From NCBI GenBank assembly GCA_027623295.1, contig JAQBXR010000007.1, positions 43,552 to 107,551 on the forward strand: a stretch of DNA of 64,000 bases, read 5' to 3'. The translations under genes and the position numbers were made by a program. This document shows, piece by piece, positions 52,297-61,595 of the stretch (position 1 is its first letter; each line of letters starts with the position of its first letter). This DNA comes from Planctomycetota bacterium. GTDB lineage: Bacteria > Planctomycetota > UBA1135. The notes under the pieces are model-generated. The model saw nothing but the letters and a program-made list of their open reading frames with translations. It searched no databases and was not told the DNA's origin.

Positions 52297-55200
52297 TGGT
52301 TTCCAAGCAAAGTGATGAGGTCGCCGTTGCGTAATAACACCATACCCGGCATCAACGTGATGTATTGTGAACTCAGGGATCTGGCGGTGCTTGGCGTGGT
52401 ATAAGAATCCTGCAGCAATCCTTGCTCATTGAACAAGAGTAAGCTCAGGCTGGTTGCGGCACGGCGGGAGCCACCTTCGCGGAGAAGGAGGACCCAACCG
52501 TCGTCGCCGCGTTGTGGCCGCGGCGTAGGTTCGACTAAGTGTGAAAATGGAATTTCGGTAAGTAAACTAGTCCATTTAGTCTCTAGTTCACCCATTTCTA
52601 GGCATTGCACTTCTGCTTGATCACGGGCTGCAGGCTGCAGAGCCAGGAACTCCGTGCCATCCAGGACATCGGGGTGGCGCAAGCGCGTGAGGAACTGCGG
52701 AACGCGTACCGCAGGATCGAGGAAACGATGGGTCCAAGTCCGACGGTCACTGGGACGTAACCAGTTCAAGGTTAGTGGGCCAAGGTCTGCACCTAATCCA
52801 CGTTGCGGGCGAGTCCACCAACCAATGCCTTCCTTGACGCGGAAGGTGCTGAAGTCCAAACCTTGCAGTGAAATGCTGCGTGAAGGGCGATTCGGACTCT
52901 CAATCAGAATGGCGCCCTGGGGTGAAGTGCGTGTGGTGGGAATCGCAATGCCATCGCCAAAGGAAGCCACCGCTTGCAGCTCATCCCAGCGCGGCGCAAA
53001 CGGAAGTTCAAACGTGACCACTTCTTCTTCACGTAGCAAGTTCACGCGGTACACGGTGGAGGAGCGATCTTGCAAAACATGCAGATAGTCCTGGTTGGTA
53101 ACGATGTGAAGGTAACGGTCCGCCGTAGCACTCAGCGCTTGCTGCAAATAAGGCACACCCGTTTCCAAATCAAGCACACTGACCACAGCCTGACGTCCGG
53201 GAGCACTCAGCAGTACGGCCACAAAGCTTCCAATCTGGCTCGGCGTGGAGGTGCTGATAAGTGGCATATTCAGCAAACGCTCTTGGCGAAGGCCGCGATA
53301 GTCAATGTGAATCCAGCGGTCCTTGTACAGCACGGCAATCCCGGTCTTGGTGCCAAAGCGATACTTCTCCAAATTGGGCAAGCTGCTCGAGCCTGGAAGG
53401 AAATCCACGGTGTGCAGCAAACGCGAACCTTCAGCGGCGAGGCGCAGAATTTGGCATTGGTTGTCGTCTTGCAGGAAGACGTAAGCCGCGCCATCGACCG
53501 AAATGCTGTGCAAGGGAAGGGCGCCGTCGAGCTTCACGCTCACTAAAGGAGTCAGGTTTGTGGGCAGTGGCGGCAAGGCCTCTTGGTGCTGCAGCATTGC
53601 CGGAATGGAAGGCCAACTGCGGTCCTTTGCTCCAAAGCGATAGCTCCATGCCATCAACTCCATACGATCAACTTGATCTAGCTGAGTATCTTGCAGTTGG
53701 ATTTGCATCCAATCTTGCGCGGCCTTGGTGTTGGCATAGGCGCGCAGGAAGGCCAAATTCGGCGGCGCGACTTCCAGCCTGGAAAGAGCCGCTTTTTGAT
53801 GCGCAGCACCCATACCTGGATCTTGGATTAAAGTATCGAGCAGGGCGCGAGCCCAAACGTGTAAACTGAGATTGCCGACTTGCAAGCTACCGGCATCTTC
53901 AAGCAGGAGTACGGAAACTAAAGCAGCGCGTTGTGCTTCAGCATCGCGACCATCGAGTGCTCGTAAAGCTTCGGCGCGCAGCAAAGCAGCACTGCGCGGT
54001 TCCATGTGATTGCCGCGGGTGAGTACTCGGTCTGGGTTCTCGAACTTCACAATGTCCAAGGCCAGCTGCAAGCGTTTTGCCGTCACATCGATTTCAGGCT
54101 GAGCATCGAGAATAAGGCTAGCGGCATTGAGGCGCAGGCGGTTATTAGCGCTGTCGAGTAGATCGCCCAGTTCGCTTAAGCCCTTCCTGGTTTCGCCCAC
54201 TAGCAATAAAGTGCGTCCGGCAAGGAAGTGCAGCTCTTCGGCTTGAGCAGCAAACAAATCTCGTTTGGCAAGGTCACTTGCGGTGCGTGCGATTCGATGT
54301 CCAAGGCCGGGGTCCTCTTCATAGCGCACCGCTTCAAGTAACGGCAGGAGCTCGCGCAATAACTCCGGCGTGAGATCATGCGCCACCAAAGTATCGAGCA
54401 AGGCGCCGGGGCTTGCAAAAGCAATGATGCCCTTGCTGGTCATTAATAAAACCAAACCGTGAGTGACCTGAGCAGGGCCAATGAAGCGGCCTTCCAACTC
54501 TTCCCAAGTCAGTGCACCGGCGCGGATCGAAAGCGCATCTGGATCGAGTTCCACCACGCCATTCGAGCTCATGGCTAACACGCTTTTGTGCGTCAAAGCG
54601 CCGGCATTCAGGTTGGATGCATTCAGGCTGACGAACTCATAAAGCGGCGGGCTGGTTTGCGGACGTTGGGTGACGTTCTCCTCAAGTGGCAAGCGAGCCA
54701 CATGAGTGCCCGAGAACCATGCATACTTTTCATCCATGCCAATGAGGTTGCTCAAGGTGCCGTAAAGATTATTGTTGGCCTCAGCGACCCAGCGGCTAAG
54801 GCGACGACCATCTTCCGCATCGAGGGTCATTGCGAACATGCTGTCGGTCGGCGCCACCACAAGGCGCTTGCCATCGTAAGCCGGTGGGTTGTTATGGAAG
54901 TAACGCGCGCGGCTTCCAATCTGTCCGTTCTGGCGAGTACGAACGGTCGTGCGGGTGTAGGTGCGAGTCCAAATCGCATTGCCGGTGGCGGCATCGACGG
55001 CACAAATGGCACCGAAGTGAGTGCATACATAGACGCGTTCCAAATCGGCCACGGGCGGTGGTACCGCGAGCTCCGACAAGACATTGCCGAACAAGTTGGT
55101 TTCCATGGTGCCGCTCACTAAGAAGCGCTTCCACAAACGCTTGCCAGTGTGTAAATCAAAGGCCAACAAGGAAAGGTCAATGGTGCCGGCGGCGGTGTAA

Positions 55201-56279
55201 ACCGGAAGGTAAACCCGACCCCCTGAAACGGCAGGAGGACCCGCGGCAAGCTCAATCGGGTTGCGGTTTTCTGGATCCATCCAGGTGACTTCCTGCTTCC
55301 ACAGGATGTCGCCATTCACAGCATCGAAAGCGTAGAGTCGGCGCGCCGGCAGTTTTTTTCGAATTGGAATGCGGCTGTAACTATCCGAACGTCCAATGCC
55401 AACGGGCTCTTGGATGACGGCAAGCACAATGCCATCGGCTAGGACTGGTGCTAAGAGTGTGAGCGGCGAGGAACCATCCGTGATTTCATTACGATCATTA
55501 CTCCCAATGTGACTCCATCCGGGAGGGCCGTGGAAGTGCCAGCGCGGTTGTCCCGAACCAAGTTCTAGCGCGACCACCTCACGCCCATTGGTGGCAAAAC
55601 CGAGGCCGTTGCCAAAGGCCATACGATGCCCGAGATCTGCGGTAGGAGCGTCGTCGTCAAAGGAGAAACGCCACGCAGGGTCGAGTTCCATAGGGCGCAA
55701 CCTTGGCAGCGCAGGATCGCTTAGGTTTTGGAAGACCGGTGGGGCCAGGGCGTCGAAGGGTGGCCGTGGCGGGAGCTGTGCTTGCCATTCGGGAGAGAGT
55801 GGCGCGGCACCTTGGGCCAGAGCGAGTTGTGGATAACCGCGGTCATACCAAAGCTCTTGGAGCAAGACATTGGCGCGATCGCCGACCATCGAACCGCTGT
55901 AGCGTTGCGCTATTAGCTCGAGAAGATGCACATCGGGAGGGCGCATAGCCTCTTCCAATTCCAACTCGGCGCGCGCTGCGATGAGGCTCTCGCGAATAGG
56001 AATCGCTGCAGCAGGGAGTTTGGAAAGTAGAGACTGGGCACGTTGCACCGCACCGATGTAAAGAAAATCTTGATCCGCAATGAGCGCAGAAGGATCGGCG
56101 TCGGCCACTTCTTGCAGAAGCCCCACGGCAGCTTCCCACCGTTCATCGGCAAGATAAGCTTGTGCATCGGAAATCTTAGTCGCCAGAATGCGGTTCTCCG
56201 GTAAGGAAATCCCTTCTGGTAAATCCTCTTGCGCAACCACCTGCGCACCGAAAACGGCGAGCATTAGAAGACTAGGCAT
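52293..56279 (-). CDS. Giant secreted PQQ/BamB-like beta-propeller protein with helical (solenoid-like) regions
   Basis: Propeller blades: VVALELGSGQPRWHF, AVNGDILWKQEV, LLAFDLHTGKRLWKRF, ICAVDAATGNAIWTRTY and MTLDAEDGRRLSRW. A Leu/Ala/Arg-rich helical stretch of about 300 aa follows. ATG 56279 gives the signal peptide MPSLLMLAVFGAQVVAQ, 11 nt after the upstream stop. Confidence 0.75.
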   Translation of the reverse strand: MPSLLMLAVFGAQVVAQEDLPEGISLPENRILATKISDAQAYLADERWEAAVGLLQEVADADPSALIADQDFLYIGAVQRAQSLLSKLPAAAIPIRESLIAARAELELEEAMRPPDVHLLELIAQRYSGSMVGDRANVLLQELWYDRGYPQLALAQGAAPLSPEWQAQLPPRPPFDALAPPVFQNLSDPALPRLRPMELDPAWRFSFDDDAPTADLGHRMAFGNGLGFATNGREVVALELGSGQPRWHFHGPPGWSHIGSNDRNEITDGSSPLTLLAPVLADGIVLAVIQEPVGIGRSDSYSRIPIRKKLPARRLYAFDAVNGDILWKQEVTWMDPENRNPIELAAGPPAVSGGRVYLPVYTAAGTIDLSLLAFDLHTGKRLWKRFLVSGTMETNLFGNVLSELAVPPPVADLERVYVCTHFGAICAVDAATGNAIWTRTYTRTTVRTRQNGQIGSRARYFHNNPPAYDGKRLVVAPTDSMFAMTLDAEDGRRLSRWVAEANNNLYGTLSNLIGMDEKYAWFSGTHVARLPLEENVTQRPQTSPPLYEFVSLNASNLNAGALTHKSVLAMSSNGVVELDPDALSIRAGALTWEELEGRFIGPAQVTHGLVLLMTSKGIIAFASPGALLDTLVAHDLTPELLRELLPLLEAVRYEEDPGLGHRIARTASDLAKRDLFAAQAEELHFLAGRTLLLVGETRKGLSELGDLLDSANNRLRLNAASLILDAQPEIDVTAKRLQLALDIVKFENPDRVLTRGNHMEPRSAALLRAEALRALDGRDAEAQRAALVSVLLLEDAGSLQVGNLSLHVWARALLDTLIQDPGMGAAHQKAALSRLEVAPPNLAFLRAYANTKAAQDWMQIQLQDTQLDQVDRMELMAWSYRFGAKDRSWPSIPAMLQHQEALPPLPTNLTPLVSVKLDGALPLHSISVDGAAYVFLQDDNQCQILRLAAEGSRLLHTVDFLPGSSSLPNLEKYRFGTKTGIAVLYKDRWIHIDYRGLRQERLLNMPLISTSTPSQIGSFVAVLLSAPGRQAVVSVLDLETGVPYLQQALSATADRYLHIVTNQDYLHVLQDRSSTVYRVNLLREEEVVTFELPFAPRWDELQAVASFGDGIAIPTTRTSPQGAILIESPNRPSRSISLQGLDFSTFRVKEGIGWWTRPQRGLGADLGPLTLNWLRPSDRRTWTHRFLDPAVRVPQFLTRLRHPDVLDGTEFLALQPAARDQAEVQCLEMGELETKWTSLLTEIPFSHLVEPTPRPQRGDDGWVLLLREGGSRRAATSLSLLLFNEQGLLQDSYTTPSTARSLSSQYITLMPGMVLLRNGDLITLLGNQ

Positions 56280-56290
56280 GCGCAGTGAGA

Positions 56291-58528
56291 TCAAGACAGG
56301 TTGAGGCGTTTGCGGAGAATCCATTCTGCGGCGGCGCAAAGAATTGCGAGTCCGAGGAATGGCCAAGGCGAAAGAGGTTCGCGCGAACTGTTGAGAATGC
56401 GGGTCACGCGCTCGCGACCATCTAAGGTTTCGAGCAGTAGGTTGGCCTCTTCTGAGCTGACTAACATGCCCCCGGTGCGGCCGGTGATTGCCGTAAGCAG
56501 AGCACGGTCTTGCGAAGTGTCTGCCATCTCACGGGATGGCAGGCTGACATGAAAGCGGGCACTAGCAACGGCTTCACTGTCAGGGTCGCCATCGGCGGTG
56601 AGGTAAACGCGTGCTGCTCCCGGAGTGGAAGCGCGTAAGCGTCCGCGGTAAATGCCGGGTTGGTCAGCGATGGGGCGTAAATCGGCCGCGCGGCCAGCAC
56701 CTTCTAAGAATAGAGGTACGCCTTCTTCATCCACCACTGGCTGGAAGCTGTCATCGAGCAAACGCACTTCGACTTGAAGGAATGCGCCGAGTTCAATTTC
56801 ACTGCGGTCAAGATCGAGACGAATGCGACCACGATCTCCGCGCAAACGTGTAGCCGCCAAGTGGCGCAAAGCGGAACGCCAGAAACGGTCGACGTATCGC
56901 TCGCCCCCCGGGAAGCGCCAGCGCCAAGTTTCATCGGTACCAATCCAGCCGACCCAGCCTTCGGGCGCAAAAATACTTGCAGCCAAAATGTGGGGGCCAT
57001 ATTGGTTTTCATAATCTGGGTTCACCAACCATGCGGTGGCGCCAGGACGCAAACGTTCCACAGGCTGATACCACTCCAGCTTGGCCGAGGTTTCCCAAAG
57101 CTGCCGGTTCTCTTCCTGATCGCTGGAGAACAGCACCACCGGATGAGGGCGTTGCAGGTCGGGCGGTATGGGAGCGAAGCCCAGTTGCGGCGGCAAGGCT
57201 TCCTTACCGATCAGCACCGGCAAGAGGTCCTCAATGGGAGAACCAACATAAGCACGCGGGTTGTGCATCGGGCCGGCGAGCATGAGCAGCCCGCCACCTT
57301 TTTCGACGAACTCGGACAATCCAGCTAAGAAGCGTTGGCCATCGAGTGGATCGGGCGTAAGGCGGGTTGGGTCCACATCGCCTAGGACGACGAGATCAAA
57401 CTGGTCGAGCAAGTCGGTGGCGTCGATGGGTAGACGCAAAAGCGAACGGGTGCCGCGCGAATGTTCTTGTGGGAAGGAACGGTCGGCGTCCGCCAACCAC
57501 AGATTCACCATGACATCGCGTTCGGCGCGGATGAGGCGGTCACGAATGAAGCGGTATTCCCAACGCGGTTTGCCTTCCACGTAGAGCACCCGCACTTTGA
57601 CTTCCTTCACCGTCAGGCTCAGTTCCAAGCGGTTGTTGTCCGTGGCCGTTTCGCCTGCCATCGGCAAGACTTCCGCGACCAAGCGACGTTCGCCTGGCGT
57701 TTGCAGAAGTGCAGACAGCACCAAGTTGACGCCGTTTTCATCGAGCTCTTCAACGGCGGCGCGATCTAACTCATTGCCGAGTTCATCGAGGAGCCGCACC
57801 ACGGCGCGTTCCGGAAGTGGGGAACCGCCGGCGCGTAGACGCAGCGAGAAGAGTCCGACATCGCCCGCTAACACCAAGTCTGGAGTTTGCACGCGTTCCA
57901 GAATCAGGTCGGGTGCTTCTTCGGCCTGTCCAAAGGAAACCGCGTGTAGCTTGACACCTTCTGCGCGTAAACGGTCGGCGGCTTCGAGTGGGTCATTGCC
58001 TAGGTTGGTGCGGCCATCGCCAAAAAGCACCACGTCTGGCATGCGTCGCCCACGATATTCCGCAAGCAATCCTTCCAGTGCATTGCCTAAAGAAGAAGCT
58101 TGGCCGGCGCCACTTAGTTCTTCACCGTTGGTGGTGGTGGCGGCAAGTCGCTCGCTATAGCGCCAAGCCTGTAGCTGATACTTGCTTTCAAACTCTTCGC
58201 GCAAGGGCGACGCGAGCAAAGATTGCAGCTCGGTCAGGCGCGAGGGTGCGCCTGGACTGTCCGAGATTCGCATGGAGGCGGAATCATCGAGAAGCAAGGC
58301 AAGAGGAGCGGTTTCTGATTCCACGCTGTCGTGCTGGAGAGCAGGGCCAAAGCTTAGGAATAGCACCGTTGCGAAGACCATTAAGCGCAAACCCATAGCG
58401 AAGCGTCGTGCCACGCGGGAACGCTTGCGTAATCGGTAGGCCATTGCCGAAATCAAAACGGCAATCGGTACGATGAGCAGCCCTAAAACCCAGGGTGGTG
58501 GCAAGTGCGAGAAGACGAGGTGGTTCAA
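56291..58528 (-). CDS. Membrane-anchored VWA-domain protein with a GATase1-like module (BatB-like)
   Basis: The N-terminus has two TM segments (WVLGLLIVPIAVLISAMAY and LMVFATVLFLSFG). The MIDAS motif is LLLDDSASM. A second module reads FDLVVLGDV...FVEKGGGLLMLAGP. The C-terminal TM is WPFLGLAILCAAAEWIL. TTGA overlap with the upstream gene. Confidence 0.75.
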   Translation of the reverse strand: MNHLVFSHLPPPWVLGLLIVPIAVLISAMAYRLRKRSRVARRFAMGLRLMVFATVLFLSFGPALQHDSVESETAPLALLLDDSASMRISDSPGAPSRLTELQSLLASPLREEFESKYQLQAWRYSERLAATTTNGEELSGAGQASSLGNALEGLLAEYRGRRMPDVVLFGDGRTNLGNDPLEAADRLRAEGVKLHAVSFGQAEEAPDLILERVQTPDLVLAGDVGLFSLRLRAGGSPLPERAVVRLLDELGNELDRAAVEELDENGVNLVLSALLQTPGERRLVAEVLPMAGETATDNNRLELSLTVKEVKVRVLYVEGKPRWEYRFIRDRLIRAERDVMVNLWLADADRSFPQEHSRGTRSLLRLPIDATDLLDQFDLVVLGDVDPTRLTPDPLDGQRFLAGLSEFVEKGGGLLMLAGPMHNPRAYVGSPIEDLLPVLIGKEALPPQLGFAPIPPDLQRPHPVVLFSSDQEENRQLWETSAKLEWYQPVERLRPGATAWLVNPDYENQYGPHILAASIFAPEGWVGWIGTDETWRWRFPGGERYVDRFWRSALRHLAATRLRGDRGRIRLDLDRSEIELGAFLQVEVRLLDDSFQPVVDEEGVPLFLEGAGRAADLRPIADQPGIYRGRLRASTPGAARVYLTADGDPDSEAVASARFHVSLPSREMADTSQDRALLTAITGRTGGMLVSSEEANLLLETLDGRERVTRILNSSREPLSPWPFLGLAILCAAAEWILRKRLNLS

Positions 58529-60696
58529 AGGTTGCGCCTCCGGTCAAGGAACCAAGCACACAGTGTTTCACTGACAAGGAAGCCGAGTACCAAAAGCAAC
58601 AAGATGCGCGTCAGGTCTCGTGGCGGGGAGTCTGCGTTTTCCGTTTGGACAAGATCTTCGTCGGGATTGCCAATGCGCACCGATTCCGGTAAGAATTCAA
58701 GCAGGCTTGCGGCTTCTGCAGCGCGCAAATCACTTTCTTCGGTCGGAATGACGACGGCGAGTGGCTGCTCGAGCAAGACTTCCTCGCCATCAGGCAGCAG
58801 CAGGCGGGTATTCAAATGCCAAACTCCTGGGCGCGGAACAGATTCCAAAAGTTCCAAACGCGTGCGCCCATTTTCTAGGCTCTCCAAATCGGCAAGGCCA
58901 TTGAGTAGTAGGCCAGCGGGGTCGCGAAGTTGCGTATCGGTCGGCGGGTGATTCAGGCGCAGGCTAAGTGCGCTGCCGACCGGGTAGGAGACGGGGAAGC
59001 CTGGCTTTGGCGCTAAAGAAAACAGCAGGTCATAAATCAGCGGCAAGGTGCCACCGGGCAGTTCTTCCATGCGGTTCCAACCTGGCAGCGGAGAGCTAGC
59101 CAAAACGGCGACTTGTCCTTGGCCGAGTTTCCAGTCCACCAAAGCTGCACCAGAATCTAAGTTGGCGTCCTGCTGTAAGAAGCGCAATCCAATGTGCAAG
59201 TTCTCAGCGAGATTGGGGTCGACGTTCAGCGGACGATAAGTCGCATGCGGCACTTCAGTCAGCAAAGGCTTCCAGCGGACATCGTTGAAGAAACGCAGGG
59301 CGGGTGTATTGGCATCGACAATGTCGAGCCGTGCCGGAGATTCCACGGCTTGGATAGGAGTGCCAACACTAAGGCCCACCGCGCCGAGTTGCTGCAGCAG
59401 ATTTTGCAGTTCCCCTTGACCGGTTTGGGGACCAAGCGCAATCATTAAACCGCCGCCCGCCTTCACGAAACTGGCGATGCCTTCTGCGGTGCGTAAAGGA
59501 ACACGTCCAGCATCGGCGAGGATGAGTAAATCAAACTCGGCGAGGGCCTCTTGGTCAACCAGAGGGAGCGGTAGTGCAGTGGGGCGTAGTGGGGCCCATT
59601 CTCCCAGCGATAGATAGCGCCACATGCCATCGAAAACATTGGGCGTATCTTGTGGAGCTGAGGCTTCTCCAGCAATCATTACGCGGAAGCCATCGCCTAC
59701 ATCCAAAATGCTGGCGCGGGTGTCGTCGCCGACCAAAGCGTCGTGTTCAAGGCGCACTTCTAAGGCGCGGGCACCACTTTTTATGGGTGCAACAGCGACA
59801 TTCCAGTCCATCGGTTGACGTCCACCCAGAACAAAGCTTTCACTTGCGATGGGGGTCTCATCCATAAGCAAAGTTGCCTGAACGGTGGCTTCAGTTTCGC
59901 CGAAATTGCGTAGCGAAATCAGGACGCTGCAAGAGTCACCACGCACTAAACGTGGAGTGGAAAGTTCAATTCCCGTAACCCCAACGTTGGGGCGCAAGGA
60001 TGCACCGCAGTCCAGGACTTGAACATCGCATCCGAGAGCCACTAACTCAGCAAAGGGAGCACTGAATCCACTTTCGATATTCCAAGTGTTCGCCTGTAGG
60101 TCGGTCAATACCGTGACCGAAATGCGCGAAGGATCTGGACCTAAATCTTCCACCGTGCGTGCGGCTGCATGCAAAGCGCCAAGCAAGTCTCCTTGCGATG
60201 GATCTGCCATTTCCAACTCTTCCAACACGCTGCGCACTTCATCGGGGTCTCCCGATGCCACTCGCTCCGCGCGCATTCCAGCACGGATCACTGCGGCGCG
60301 GTCTTCCATTTTTGGGTCTAACTCGCGAAGCCGCTTGGCTGCAATCGAAAGCGCTTTCCCATACGCGCTTTGGCCTTCTCCCAAGTGATTCATCGACAAG
60401 GAGGCATCCAGAATCAAAACTTCGGCACGTGCATCGCGACCGAGAACCAACGGCAAGTCCTCACTGTTGGGGCGCGCCAATGCGAGAATCAAGAACAACA
60501 CGGCCAAGGTGCGCAAGATCAACAGCAAGACGTCTTCCAGTAAAACCCGACGTCGGGTGCGGCGGACGGCGCGCATTAGGAAATCCATGGCGCTGAACTC
60601 AACGCGGCGGAAGCGCCGCTTCTGCAACAGGTGAATGATGATGGGCACCAACACCAGGGGCAAAGCCCAAAGCACTAATGGAGCGGCAAAGTTCAT
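58525..60696 (-). CDS. BatA-like protein with an N-terminal double-TM region, a VWA domain and a GATase1-like module
   Basis: MNFAAPLVLWALPLVLVPIIIHLLQKRRFRRVEF is a BatA_N-type N-terminus. The MIDAS motif is VLILDASLSM. A second module reads FDLLILADAG...FVKAGGGLMIALGP. The C-terminal TM is ILLLLVLGFLVSETL. ATGA overlap with DUF58. Confidence 0.8.
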   Translation of the reverse strand: MNFAAPLVLWALPLVLVPIIIHLLQKRRFRRVEFSAMDFLMRAVRRTRRRVLLEDVLLLILRTLAVLFLILALARPNSEDLPLVLGRDARAEVLILDASLSMNHLGEGQSAYGKALSIAAKRLRELDPKMEDRAAVIRAGMRAERVASGDPDEVRSVLEELEMADPSQGDLLGALHAAARTVEDLGPDPSRISVTVLTDLQANTWNIESGFSAPFAELVALGCDVQVLDCGASLRPNVGVTGIELSTPRLVRGDSCSVLISLRNFGETEATVQATLLMDETPIASESFVLGGRQPMDWNVAVAPIKSGARALEVRLEHDALVGDDTRASILDVGDGFRVMIAGEASAPQDTPNVFDGMWRYLSLGEWAPLRPTALPLPLVDQEALAEFDLLILADAGRVPLRTAEGIASFVKAGGGLMIALGPQTGQGELQNLLQQLGAVGLSVGTPIQAVESPARLDIVDANTPALRFFNDVRWKPLLTEVPHATYRPLNVDPNLAENLHIGLRFLQQDANLDSGAALVDWKLGQGQVAVLASSPLPGWNRMEELPGGTLPLIYDLLFSLAPKPGFPVSYPVGSALSLRLNHPPTDTQLRDPAGLLLNGLADLESLENGRTRLELLESVPRPGVWHLNTRLLLPDGEEVLLEQPLAVVIPTEESDLRAAEAASLLEFLPESVRIGNPDEDLVQTENADSPPRDLTRILLLLVLGFLVSETLCAWFLDRRRNL

Positions 60697-61595
60697 CGAC
60701 GCTCACCCAACTTCTGTGCATTGCGTTGTGCAAGGAATCCCACTAAGCCGACTTCGAGTGGTTCTTCAATAGGCATGCGACGGAAGGCACAGCCAGCACT
60801 ACGCAAACCGCGACGCAACTCTGCACCATGCTTCTCAAATTCCTCTAGGTACGCCGCACGAATCGTGTTCGGATCGGCGTGCAAGTAGGCGTCACTCTCC
60901 AAACCTTCAAAGCGAGTGTTGCGCAAAAAAGGGAAATCGACTTCTGCATGATCCAAGGTACGCAATGCAATCACATCGTGCCCTTTCCGGCGCAGTTGAT
61001 TGACTCCCGTTGCGGCTTCCTCTGGGGTTCCCAAGAAGTCACTGATCCAAACCACCAAACCGCGGCGGTCCATTTGCCCGGCGGCAAGCTGCATACCCAA
61101 AGCGGGGTCGCCAGCGCCTGCCGGTTCTGATTCCGCCAACATATGACAGAGACTTTTCCAGTGTCCTTCGCCACCGCGTGCCGGCAGAGTGCGTTCCAAC
61201 TTCTCGCCGTGAGTCAGGATTAAACCGAACTGGTCATGCTGATCACAAGCTACACGCGCTAAAGCTGCAGCCAACCACGAGCCGTATTCATACTTATTCC
61301 ACGGACCGCTGCTGAACTGCATGGATGCCGAAGCATCGAGCACAATCCACAGGCGAAGATCGGTTTCTTCCTCATACTCACGGATGATGTTACGGTCAGA
61401 CCGAGCCATCAAGCGCCAGTCCAAACGGCGCAAGTCATCGCCGGCAACGTATTCCCTATGTTGCGCAAAGGTAGTACTCGACCCCTTAATAGGGGACTGA
61501 TGACGTCCACCGCGGAGACCTTCCACAGCAGTACGGGCGCGCAACTCTAAGCGTTGCAGCCGGGCACGTAGCCTAGGATCCGATGCCTGCTGCAC
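60693..61595 (-). CDS. DUF58-family protein (VWA-like)
   Basis: FAQHREYVAGDDLRRLDWR and WIVLDASASMQF (DxSxS). It sits immediately after MoxR. The GTG start overlaps the moxR 3' end by 23 nt. Confidence 0.85.
   Translation of the reverse strand: MQQASDPRLRARLQRLELRARTAVEGLRGGRHQSPIKGSSTTFAQHREYVAGDDLRRLDWRLMARSDRNIIREYEEETDLRLWIVLDASASMQFSSGPWNKYEYGSWLAAALARVACDQHDQFGLILTHGEKLERTLPARGGEGHWKSLCHMLAESEPAGAGDPALGMQLAAGQMDRRGLVVWISDFLGTPEEAATGVNQLRRKGHDVIALRTLDHAEVDFPFLRNTRFEGLESDAYLHADPNTIRAAYLEEFEKHGAELRRGLRSAGCAFRRMPIEEPLEVGLVGFLAQRNAQKLGERR

Noticed and set aside
56280-56366. Upstream extension of the 1357-aa ORF (MAIPRTRNSLRRRRMDSPQTPQPVLISLR)
   Set aside because: It overlaps the preceding gene by 76 nt. 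The internal ATG 56279 yields a proper signal peptide 11 nt after the upstream stop. I kept the alternative in mind, and N-terminal proteomics would decide.
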